A stretch of 64,000 bases of DNA from Candidatus Zixiibacteriota bacterium (GTDB lineage: Bacteria; RBG-13-66-14; B26-G2; WVWN01), in assembly GCA_050117845.1 (NCBI GenBank), contig JASFLY010000007.1:42130-106129 (forward strand). Direction: 5' to 3'. Every line of letters begins with the position of its first letter. Within the stretch, counting starts at the first letter, position 1. The notes under the pieces are model-generated. The model saw nothing but the letters and a program-made list of their open reading frames with translations. It had not been told where the DNA came from and did not search any database. The position numbers were made by a program, and so were the translations under genes. Shown one piece after another: positions 36,405 through 44,979 of the stretch.

Positions 36405-37178
36405 TTAGCGGTAGAGGGCCCTAATCTTACCGACGGAGGAAGGTATCACCGCCGGATATTCGTGGACGTTAAACTGTAAAATATTATACTTGCCGTTATC
36501 CGGGTCGCTCGCCCCTATCCAGACGTACTCGCCGTCGTACGCGCAACCGTGGGCGTGGCCGTGCGCCACGGCGACAAACGAAGCCAAGGCCGAACCGGTT
36601 GTCGTACATTTGTATACATGCCTACGCTCCCGGTGGGGATCCGCTACCCATAAGTAACCCTCCGGGTCGTACGCCATATCCCCCGGGTTAATATCAACCG
36701 CGTAGGAAGTATATATCGACCCGGTCATAGGTTCCAGGAGGTAGATAATTTTACTCGAATAGGCCGAATAATACATATGCGAAGCATCGACGAAAGATAC
36801 GCCCCAACTATCTTCCCCCGGAACCGCGAACGACCCGTCTATCGTACTCGAGTTATCTATAAACCGGTATACATACCCCCCCGACCTGCTTACTAACCAA
36901 TAATAAGTAACACCCCTAACCGTCCCGACCGTCATCCCTACCGGGTACCCTATGTCGTGCGGATGATAGTTTATTATCGAGCCCGTCGTAGTCGTCCGCC
37001 AAACGGTACGGCCCGAGAAGGTCGAGATATATAACGTACCGGGCTTATAAGACATTCCCATCGGCCACGCGCCCGGGGATTCGAACGACGACACCAGGCT
37101 GCCGAAGGTTGTACCCCAAATGCAAACCGGCGCACCTAATAAGGCGACGCCGGTTATAATTATGACCAGTTTACGCAT
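36405..37178 (-). CDS. Secreted beta-propeller-like hypothetical protein with the short conserved C-terminal tail
   Basis: Signal peptide; repeats TTGSxxxSF / PxGMxY / YDGEYVW; ends AVIPSSVGKIRALYR. Confidence 0.7.
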   Translation of the reverse strand: MRKLVIIITGVALLGAPVCIWGTTFGSLVSSFESPGAWPMGMSYKPGTLYISTFSGRTVWRTTTTGSIINYHPHDIGYPVGMTVGTVRGVTYYWLVSRSGGYVYRFIDNSSTIDGSFAVPGEDSWGVSFVDASHMYYSAYSSKIIYLLEPMTGSIYTSYAVDINPGDMAYDPEGYLWVADPHRERRHVYKCTTTGSALASFVAVAHGHAHGCAYDGEYVWIGASDPDNGKYNILQFNVHEYPAVIPSSVGKIRALYR

Positions 37179-37238
37179 ATCCCGACCTCCTTCTTTGTCT
37201 ACTTACATTCTATCAGATTTACGGGCCCTCCGCAAACT

Positions 37239-37469
37239 AAAACCCCGGCCCGAAGGCCGGGGTTTATCGCGCGTTATTGGATATTTTTTATACTACTCGA
37301 CGACGACCAGCTTACGCGCCGCCGTATTCCCGCCGGCCTCCAGCCGGTACGTGTACACGCCCGGCGCCAGCGTCGAGACGTCCAGGCTTACCTCGTTGTC
37401 GCCGGCCTTGGCGGCCCCGGCGAACGGTACGGCGACTTTGCGGCCCGATATGTCGTATATCGTTACCGT
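37239..37469. repeat. Direct repeat copy 2: terminator plus the 3' end of a CTD-coding sequence
   Basis: See copy 1 at 34359-34589. Confidence 0.92.
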
Positions 37470-39068
37470 CGCGTCGCCGGCCGACGCCAGCGAGAACGTC
37501 ACCGTCGTCTCGTTCCGCGCGGGGTTGGGGTAACTCTGCGCCAGCGCGAACGCCGCTTTACTCCCCGAGGCCATTTCGACGTGGGCCGGCCCGTGTAGGG
37601 TGCCGTAGCCGTTCAGATCCACGTCCTCGAGGTAATAGTCATAACTTCCGCCGGGCGCGACGCCGGCGTCGGCGTAACGGTACGGCGATTCGCCGACGAT
37701 GAGCGCGTCGTTGACCTTAACGCGGCTCGCGTCTTTACCGTTTACGTTCTCCCGGTAGAGGTTGAAGCCCGCGTGGTTGTACTCGCTCGCCGTGGCCCAG
37801 TGGAGGACAGCCCGGCCGTCGGCCGGTTGGCCGGAGAATTCCGCCAACTCGACGCCGACGTACTCCTTCATGTGTTCGAGTAGCCACAGGAACGGCCCCT
37901 CATGTTCCAGAACCGTCGGCGCTATAAGTGTTTCGTTGGGCGCGAAACCGCCTTCCGCCCGAGTATTGAGTTCGAAGCAAATGCCGTAGCACTTTTCCTT
38001 CTCGGTCTGCTCGCCGTAATGATAATCGATGGAACCGCCGTTTACCGCGTACAATATCTCCGGCGGCGTCCCCAAACGAAAGCGATTGCCGAGGGTGGCG
38101 TTCATGCCGTTGCCCATTGTCATGAAATAATCCCGTTCGGGATTCACCGCCACGCTCGGATAATCGTAGCCGTAAGGGATTAAGATATATTCGCCGTAGC
38201 TGTGATAATCGAGCGTGAACTTGAAGTTCTTATCGATCATAAACTGGCGGACGGCTTCCGTCTCGGGCTCGCTGAAGGCCGACGGGCCGCGATAAGTGGC
38301 GGACGAGGGGCTGGGGCTCGAGCCGCTATTGTCGTATCCCCACTTGTAACCGTAGTTACGGTTTAGATCCACTCCGTACACGCCGCCGCCGTTGTCCCGG
38401 CGGTTCTTGCGCCACCAATAACTGGAGCTCCCGCCGCTGTTGTTCTCCACGTAGACGTGGCCGTCGGGATTGGCCATCGGCATAATGTATATTTCGTAGT
38501 TATCGACGTAGTATTTTATATCGGGGTCCGTGGAATACTTCGTCAGGAGGATATCAATGAAATGGAGCGGGAGTTCGACCGTCATAAGCTCGCGGGCGTG
38601 GTGGCAGCCGACGACGAATAGCTTCGGCTCGTTCTCGCCCAATTCCGGATTATCGGAAATTTTCAGGACCCACATATCCCGGTTTTCCCACGTGTCGCCG
38701 ACGTCGTATAGTTTACATAAGCTCGGATAAGTCGACTCGTATCCCTGCAGGTCCGTCAGCATTTCCGTATACGTGTGGTACAAGCCCATGTCGGGCGGCA
38801 GCGCGTCGAATCCGGCACCGGCGTTCTCGGCTATAACTTCGATACGGTAGCCCATATCCTGCAAACCCGCGAGTTCATCGGCCGACGCGATGACGTCCAT
38901 ATACTCACCCGCCGAGCCGGAACACACGTCCATCCCCGCTCCCAGAATGTCGCGACCGACGTTGTCCTCGGCGCCGTAATACACCCGTGCCCATTTAGGC
39001 GGAACCTGGGTAGCCGACGCCGCGCCGGCCAACGCCACGACACACGCGACTAAAAAAACTTTTTTCAT
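37293..39068 (-). CDS. Secreted M14 zinc carboxypeptidase (carboxypeptidase T-like) with T9SS-like CTD
   Basis: HHARE, NPDG, WRKNRR, GVDLNRNY, FSEPET, DYHSYG, GGSIDY, FEL; FALAQSYPNP CTD. Confidence 0.93.
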   Translation of the reverse strand: MKKVFLVACVVALAGAASATQVPPKWARVYYGAEDNVGRDILGAGMDVCSGSAGEYMDVIASADELAGLQDMGYRIEVIAENAGAGFDALPPDMGLYHTYTEMLTDLQGYESTYPSLCKLYDVGDTWENRDMWVLKISDNPELGENEPKLFVVGCHHARELMTVELPLHFIDILLTKYSTDPDIKYYVDNYEIYIMPMANPDGHVYVENNSGGSSSYWWRKNRRDNGGGVYGVDLNRNYGYKWGYDNSGSSPSPSSATYRGPSAFSEPETEAVRQFMIDKNFKFTLDYHSYGEYILIPYGYDYPSVAVNPERDYFMTMGNGMNATLGNRFRLGTPPEILYAVNGGSIDYHYGEQTEKEKCYGICFELNTRAEGGFAPNETLIAPTVLEHEGPFLWLLEHMKEYVGVELAEFSGQPADGRAVLHWATASEYNHAGFNLYRENVNGKDASRVKVNDALIVGESPYRYADAGVAPGGSYDYYLEDVDLNGYGTLHGPAHVEMASGSKAAFALAQSYPNPARNETTVTFSLASAGDATVTIYDISGRKVAVPFAGAAKAGDNEVSLDVSTLAPGVYTYRLEAGGNTAARKLVVVE

Positions 39069-39177
39069 CTCGGTCCTCTTCTCTCTCCGCCGCCGTAGCG
39101 GCCTGATCCTTACGTTTAAACCTGATATATTATACCATATTTATCTCTACGGCGCCAAGGATTACACGACGCGGTTA

Positions 39178-40224
39178 TTACGGGGTACTCCGCCCCGGGT
39201 CGGCCGCAACGGCCACAGGCGTTTGGATGCCGACGCACTCCGACAAGAGAACGCCGGTCGTGTCGTAACGCCCTACGCGGCCGTCGGACGCCACGAAAAC
39301 GAAGCCGCCAGTCTCGTCAATCTCTACGTCGGTAGCCGCAAGTAAACCCTTAACGGTGAAGTCGGCGGCTACGTCCCAGGATTGCGAGCCCTGTAAAGAT
39401 TTGTCGAAGGAAGCCAATAAGCCGGCGTCGTAATCGACGACGTAGAGGTTGTTAGTCGTAGCTGACACCGCCGCGTCGAACGGGTAATTGAAACCCGTCA
39501 GCTCGGCCCCGCGGGCGCCGTTAGGCCGGACCTTCACGACCGAGCCGGTCCCCTTATCGAGTACCCACGCGCCGCCGTCCGGGTCCGCCGTAACCGACCA
39601 CGGCGAGTCAAAACTCGAATTGCTGGCCAAAGCCACCGCGTCCACCGTAACCTCGCCGGAAACGGCCTCCGGTAATTTTACGGCCCGGTCGGTTAGCTCG
39701 TCCACTACCCAACAATCGCCGGCCCCGGGCACCAGCGACACCACACGAGGAGACCGGAAACCCGTAACCGTCGCCAGGACGTTTCCGCCCGAACCGATTT
39801 TCAAGACACGGGCGTGCGAACGGTCCGCCACCCAACACGCCCCGTCGTCCTGGTCCACGGCGATGGAGGTGCCCCGCCGGATAAGGGGTTCTTCCCCCTT
39901 GAGCGCGGGCGTCTCTAATAGGAGATCTCCGTCGCTATCGAACTTACGGAGCTTATTGACGTAATAGTCGAGAACCCACGTCGACCCGTCGCTTTTATCG
40001 ACGGCGACGCAATTCGGCTTCAAGAAAAACGGCAACGCGCCTATGGTATCGACCCGGACTCCATCGTAGTCGTAGATATAAACTACGGTATTGGGCTGGT
40101 CGATAATCCACAGCGCGCCGCCCGAAGAGGTTGGTTCCTCGTCGTCAGTGGCGCAACCGAAACCTAGTATCGTCGCGAAAGCGAACGCCGCGGCGACTCG
40201 CGCTAGCGTTTTTCCGTTTATCAT
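39178..40224 (-). CDS. NHL-like beta-propeller lipoprotein
   Basis: Lipobox GFG|C; repeats AVDxxDGxxWVxD. Confidence 0.75.
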   Translation of the reverse strand: MINGKTLARVAAAFAFATILGFGCATDDEEPTSSGGALWIIDQPNTVVYIYDYDGVRVDTIGALPFFLKPNCVAVDKSDGSTWVLDYYVNKLRKFDSDGDLLLETPALKGEEPLIRRGTSIAVDQDDGACWVADRSHARVLKIGSGGNVLATVTGFRSPRVVSLVPGAGDCWVVDELTDRAVKLPEAVSGEVTVDAVALASNSSFDSPWSVTADPDGGAWVLDKGTGSVVKVRPNGARGAELTGFNYPFDAAVSATTNNLYVVDYDAGLLASFDKSLQGSQSWDVAADFTVKGLLAATDVEIDETGGFVFVASDGRVGRYDTTGVLLSECVGIQTPVAVAADPGRSTP

Positions 40225-40283
40225 GACATTCCTCCCGAACCATGTAATAGCCTAAAGCACCTCGCCCGTTTTGTCAACTCAAT

Positions 40284-41981
40284 TTAAAGCGGCCGCCGTC
40301 CCGGCGCCGCCAGCAGCGCCTCCGCGGCGAGGAGAAGGAATACCGCGGCCACCAGCGGCGTACGGAGCGGCGTCCCTTCGCGGCCGGTGCCCCCCGGCGG
40401 CCGGCGCGTCACCACCGCGCCCGGAAAGAACGTTTGCACCTCCGCCTCCTTCATCGTCTTCGGGTCGGACTCGGGGGAATCGAAGTTGCGCGCGGCCGTG
40501 AACGCCGGGTAAGCGTTGGCCATAGCCGCCGTTTTTAAATCGAGCGCGAAAGCTACGAAGGCCGCGGACGCGAAGAAGTCGGAGTATTCGCGGCCCGAGA
40601 GTAACCCCACCGCGAACACTTCCCCCTTCCCCATCCTCCGGTGAAGGATGACCGGCCGGCCGTCGGCCGTGGTCGCGGCGCTTTTCCACTCGTCACCCGG
40701 GTTCTCCCACCGGACCGCGCCCGCGACGCGGAACGCCCCGGCCTCGGCGGTCCGCGGCAGCGCGCCGGCGTCCGCGACGACGGGCCCGGGGCCTTTCTCG
40801 TACTCGCCCGGCGTCCCCCCGGCCTCGAGCGACCCCGCCGCCGTCCCCGCGGGCATCAAGACCACGACGCCGCCCCTTTCGGCCTGCGTCCGGCCCGTGC
40901 CGTCGCGGGCCCAGGCGGGAAGGGGCATTACGTACACGCCGGGCCCGGCCCCGGCGTCCCCGGGCGTCGCTCCCACAGCCCCGAGCGCCGCTTCCCACGC
41001 CCGGCGCCCCGGCGTCCCGGCCTCGACTTCATAAAACACGTCGGTAGTAGCCGGAAGGTCGACCGTTGCGTGGTCGTCGAACGGGTACCCGCCGGCGCAG
41101 GAGAACGTCGCGCGCCCTCCGGCCGGGACGGCGAATCGGGCCGTCGCCCGGGACGATGCCGGAACGTCGGCCCGGCCGCCGCCCTCCCCCGCCGTGACGA
41201 CCGTGGGCCGGGGACGGCCGTATTGCCGAACGTCCACCGCGCCGTCGAAGTATCCGGCCCCCGCAACGGTCAGGCGATACCCCGTCAGGGCCACGTTCCA
41301 GGCGGGCCCCGTTTCCTCCCGCACGTCGTAAAAGGTGACGTCCACACCTTTAGGCACGACGCCTGACGCAGCGAGTAACCCCTCGAAAGCGCCGGCCTGC
41401 ATATCGGTGAAGACCGCCACTTCCCGGCGCCGCTCGGCCGCCTCCGGCCGGGCCCAAAGTGTCGACGCCGCGGCCACCGTCTCCGCCAGGCCGCCCGGGG
41501 CCGCGGGTGGCTTCTCCAGCGCGGCCCCGACGTCCCGCAACGACGTCCACTCGTACTCGCCGGGAGCGGCGCCCGTCAGCACGGCCGCGCCCACGTCCTC
41601 CGCCGAAGCGCCCCGGGCGAAATCCCGTGCGTAGCTAACCGCCCGGTCCAACCGCGGTTCCCCACCGTCGACGTAGGTCATGGACGGCGAATTGTCGATA
41701 ACCAGGAGGACGGCCCGCGGCGGCGCCGCCCCGCCCGGGTCGAAGCGCGGCCCGGCCAGCGCCAGGACGAAACAAGCGATAATCATCACCCGGACGACGA
41801 GCAGTAGGATCTCCTGCCAACGAGGCCGGCGCCGGGCCCGCCGCTCCTCCACCACCTTCAGGAGTTCCACCGAGGGGAAACGGACGCGCAGGCGCACCCG
41901 CCGTTTGATCAGGTTTAAAATTATCGGTAGGGCCGCGAGCGGCAGGAGTAGAAGGTACAGCGGTTGGAGGAAAGCAATCAT
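40284..41981 (-). CDS. BatA-type N-terminal double-TM plus VWA domain protein
   Basis: FLQPLYLLLL..LPIIL..RFPSV..LLLVVR..LALAGP; LVIDNSPSM; VFTDMQ; C-terminal LLLAAEALL. Confidence 0.85.
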   Translation of the reverse strand: MIAFLQPLYLLLLPLAALPIILNLIKRRVRLRVRFPSVELLKVVEERRARRRPRWQEILLLVVRVMIIACFVLALAGPRFDPGGAAPPRAVLLVIDNSPSMTYVDGGEPRLDRAVSYARDFARGASAEDVGAAVLTGAAPGEYEWTSLRDVGAALEKPPAAPGGLAETVAAASTLWARPEAAERRREVAVFTDMQAGAFEGLLAASGVVPKGVDVTFYDVREETGPAWNVALTGYRLTVAGAGYFDGAVDVRQYGRPRPTVVTAGEGGGRADVPASSRATARFAVPAGGRATFSCAGGYPFDDHATVDLPATTDVFYEVEAGTPGRRAWEAALGAVGATPGDAGAGPGVYVMPLPAWARDGTGRTQAERGGVVVLMPAGTAAGSLEAGGTPGEYEKGPGPVVADAGALPRTAEAGAFRVAGAVRWENPGDEWKSAATTADGRPVILHRRMGKGEVFAVGLLSGREYSDFFASAAFVAFALDLKTAAMANAYPAFTAARNFDSPESDPKTMKEAEVQTFFPGAVVTRRPPGGTGREGTPLRTPLVAAVFLLLAAEALLAAPGRRPL

Positions 41982-41994
41982 GGGGAGAGTGGGA

Positions 41995-42888
41995 TTACAT
42001 CATGGCCCGGCGGCGGCCGAGGTATCCGACGAGGACGTCCGCCGGGGGCGTGGCCGTGCTGACCGGGACGTACTCGACGTCGAACGCGCCGAGTTCCAAG
42101 CGGAAGTCTTCACGCCGTTTCGCCAGCGCCTCCAGATAGCTGTCCCGAAAGCGGCCTCCCTCGAGCGTTATGGCCTCCGACGATTCCATATCGACGAAGT
42201 GGGCCGCCTCCCGGAAGGGGAACTCCTCCTCCGCGGCGTCGAGGACGTGGAAGAGTATGACCTCGTGCTTTTCGCCGCGCAACGCCCGCAGGCCATCCAG
42301 CACGCGACCCCGCAAATCCCAGAGGTCCGTGAAGATGGCGAAGAGACCCCGCCGCGGGGCCCGTTCCGCCAGGGCGGCGAGGGTGGCGTAAAGGTCCGTC
42401 GTGTCGGCCGGTTCGGTGCGTTCCAGAACCTCCAACAGCGACCGGAAATGCTGGCGGCTCGACCGCGGCGGCACGACTTCACGGAGTCCCGCGGAGAACG
42501 TCGCCAACCCCACGGCGTCGCGCTGGCCCAGCGCCAGGTAGGCCATCGCCGCGGCCAGCGTGGAGGCGTACTCGAACTTGGTCATTGGCGTCTCGGAGCG
42601 GTAGGCCATGCTCGCCGACGCGTCCAGGCACAGGTAGAAACGGAGGTTGGTTTCCTCCTCGAACTCCTTCACGAAATAGCGGTCGGTCCGGGCGTACGCC
42701 CGCCAGTCCACCAGCCGGAGGTCGTCCCCCGGCTGGTACGCCCGATACTCCGAGAACTCGACAGAGAAGCCCTTGAAAGGACTCCGGTGCATCCCGGCGA
42801 AAAGGCCCTCGACCACCAGCCGGGCCCGGAAGCCCAGGCCCTGCACGGCGGCCAAAGTTAGCACGTCCACGAAGGAAGGTATACTCAT
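41995..42888 (-). CDS. DUF58 domain protein
   Basis: GMHRSPFKGFSVEFSEYRAYQPGDDLRLVDW, VKEFEEETN, LDASASM. Confidence 0.93.
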   Translation of the reverse strand: MSIPSFVDVLTLAAVQGLGFRARLVVEGLFAGMHRSPFKGFSVEFSEYRAYQPGDDLRLVDWRAYARTDRYFVKEFEEETNLRFYLCLDASASMAYRSETPMTKFEYASTLAAAMAYLALGQRDAVGLATFSAGLREVVPPRSSRQHFRSLLEVLERTEPADTTDLYATLAALAERAPRRGLFAIFTDLWDLRGRVLDGLRALRGEKHEVILFHVLDAAEEEFPFREAAHFVDMESSEAITLEGGRFRDSYLEALAKRREDFRLELGAFDVEYVPVSTATPPADVLVGYLGRRRAMM

Positions 42889-42915
42889 TTGAAAACGGGG
42901 GACGGACCCCATCCC

Positions 42916-43461
42916 CTATAGGCCCAATTCCTCCCGCGCGCCCCGCATGCCGTCCAGGCAAAGGCCCAGGAATTCCTCGAGCGACAGGCCCAGGCCGGAG
43001 CAAGTGGCTATCTGGTCCCGGTCGGCGCCGGCGGCGAAACGCTTCTCGCCGAAGCGCCGGACGATGAAGTCCACGTCGCACGCGGCGAGAGATTTGTCCG
43101 GGTGCATGAGGGCCGCGGCGACGATGAGGCCCGTCGTCGGGTCCACAGCCAGCAGGGCCTTCTCCATCGGCGTCTCGGCCTCTTTGTGCTTGTTGTGCGC
43201 CAGGATGGCCTCCGCCACGCCGGTCGGGAGGCCGGCGTCCTCGAGCATCTCGACGGTGGCCAGGCCGTGGCGTTCGGGCTCGTCCTTGGTCCCTTCGTAA
43301 TCGAGGTCGTGCAAAAGGCCGGCCAGGGCCCAAGACTCCTCGTCCTCACCCAGGCGCCGGGCGACCGCCCGCATCGCGGCCTCGACCGCGAGCATGTGTT
43401 TTACGATATTCTTGTTGCTTACGTTCGCCTGGACCAATGCCCAGGCCTCCGCCCGCTCCAT
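42916..43461 (-). CDS. HDIG/HD-domain phosphohydrolase
   Basis: KHMLAVEAAM, AGLLHDLDYE, HG, ILAH, FAAGADR. Confidence 0.9.
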   Translation of the reverse strand: MERAEAWALVQANVSNKNIVKHMLAVEAAMRAVARRLGEDEESWALAGLLHDLDYEGTKDEPERHGLATVEMLEDAGLPTGVAEAILAHNKHKEAETPMEKALLAVDPTTGLIVAAALMHPDKSLAACDVDFIVRRFGEKRFAAGADRDQIATCSGLGLSLEEFLGLCLDGMRGAREELGL

Positions 43462-43547
43462 ACCGTAACCTCGGCGTTCGTATTAGTATTAAATAATAGT
43501 ATACGAGAAACTTTGTACGCCCGTTCCGGACGCGGCCTTTACGGCCC

Positions 43548-43631
43548 TCAGGGGTTGTTGCACGCCAGCACGACGAGCGAACCTACCGCCGCGACCAGCG
43601 CGAAAAGCAACGTCGTAACACGTACGCGCAT
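43548..43631 (-). CDS. 27-aa ORF made of a lipoprotein signal peptide plus CNNP (micro-lipopeptide or gene remnant)
   Basis: GGAGGT RBS, then MRVRVTTLLFALVAAVGSLVVLA|CNNP*; TATAAT at 43674-43679 upstream. Confidence 0.5.
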   Translation of the reverse strand: MRVRVTTLLFALVAAVGSLVVLACNNP

Positions 43632-43870
43632 TAGCATACCTCCGAAAGAGTTATCGGTTTCATTTGTGGGTAAATTATAACCCGGGGGCCAACGGTAGTC
43701 GAGGTAAAACGGCCCCGGGTAATAGACACCGGCGGTCGGTTAATGGTTGACTCGTCGGCGTCGTGCCCAACAGCCTGGGGCGCATCAAAGCCATTTACAA
43801 ATAACCCGGATTTCGGGACAAAGAAAACCGGCCCTCGGGCCGGTTTTTCCTTCGCCATTTCGGAAAATCT

Positions 43871-44338
43871 TTAAGGCTCGTATACGGTGTCCCAGGCCGG
43901 CTGTTCGAAGAGCAACGGCGTAAAGAAAAACAGGTACGCGCCTACCGTAATAGCGGTGTTAGCCGCGTCCGCTTGATCCTGGTAGTACCCTATGATATTC
44001 AACTCCGGGTCTTGAATGGTCCCGCCGCGGACGTACCCCACCGTATTCAAACTCGGGTCCTCTATGCGGCCGCCCGGCCTTATCCAACCTATTCTCTGTA
44101 GCCGCGCGTCCTCCACCGAACCGTCGGAGCGGACGTAGCCTAGCGGCTGGAAATTCCGGTCTTCGACGCGGCCGTCCGGCCGGATATACCCCAGGACCCG
44201 CAACGAACCCGTCTCCACCTTCCCGTCGTCGCGGATGTACCCGACAGGCGTTAACCCGGAGCCTTGCACTTTAATATCGGCCGAAACGGGCCCGGCCGCA
44301 ACGGCGACGACGATTATAACAAGGATTAGTTTCTTCAT
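43871..44338 (-). CDS. Secreted small tandem-repeat protein (six ~17-aa beta repeats)
   Basis: Start MKKLILV (44338); repeats xVEDxxLxxxGYIRxDG. Confidence 0.75.
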   Translation of the reverse strand: MKKLILVIIVVAVAAGPVSADIKVQGSGLTPVGYIRDDGKVETGSLRVLGYIRPDGRVEDRNFQPLGYVRSDGSVEDARLQRIGWIRPGGRIEDPSLNTVGYVRGGTIQDPELNIIGYYQDQADAANTAITVGAYLFFFTPLLFEQPAWDTVYEP

Positions 44339-44465
44339 ATCGATACTCCGGCCTCCCGGCCGCCGGTTTATTCGTAACGTACGACGGCGTCCCGTAACGA
44401 ATTGATACGTGCGCCGCGGGATATCCGCCGACACCTGGGTCAACCATTCCGCAGCGTCGCGGGTC

Positions 44466-44810
44466 TTAATAATACAATGTTTCGCGCGCCTTCTCGTCGC
44501 CTCCGATAAAGACGACTATCTCGACTTCGAGTAGAGCGCCGTCGGGAGGAACGAAAGTTATCTTCACCGGCGTTTCCTCTCCGGACAGGTCGACCGTCAG
44601 CGGTTGCGACGTCGCCCGGGCCAGCGATTCCGAGCCGGTTTTATTGGACACGTACTTGAAATCGACCTGTGCCACGACCGAAACCGTACCCGATCCGCCC
44701 AGCGAGATGGTCAGTTCACCCTCGTCGAACGAAACTATCGCGGCTTCCGCCGCGTGCCCCAAACTCGCCGCGCCGAGCATTACGGCCGTCGTTATTATTA
44801 GCTTCTTCAT
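44466..44810 (-). CDS. Secreted hypothetical protein
   Basis: Signal peptide MKKLIIT...GHA|A; beta-rich mature part. Confidence 0.7.
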   Translation of the reverse strand: MKKLIITTAVMLGAASLGHAAEAAIVSFDEGELTISLGGSGTVSVVAQVDFKYVSNKTGSESLARATSQPLTVDLSGEETPVKITFVPPDGALLEVEIVVFIGGDEKARETLYY

Positions 44811-44937
44811 TATCCGTCACCCGCGTAAATATAAATCAGGTGGGTGCAGTATACAACGAAAAAAGAGTCCGGGCCCCCCGGAACCCGTCCACGAGACGTT
44901 TATGATTGGAATTGAAGGCAATTAACGCTTCGTTTTT

Positions 44938-44966
44938 TTGACATCGTGGCGCTGGGCGGTTATAAT
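44938..44966 (+). promoter_or_regulatory. Perfect sigma70 consensus promoter
   Basis: TTGACA-17 nt-TATAAT, 13 nt upstream of ATG 44980. Confidence 0.85.
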
Positions 44967-44979
44967 TTACGTAATAAAA

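Noticed and set aside
34414..37469. Diversity-generating retroelement (TR/VR pair) at the near-identical 3' ends
   Set aside because: The four mismatches are not adenine-specific on either strand, both copies are coding 3' ends, and there is no reverse transcriptase in the window.
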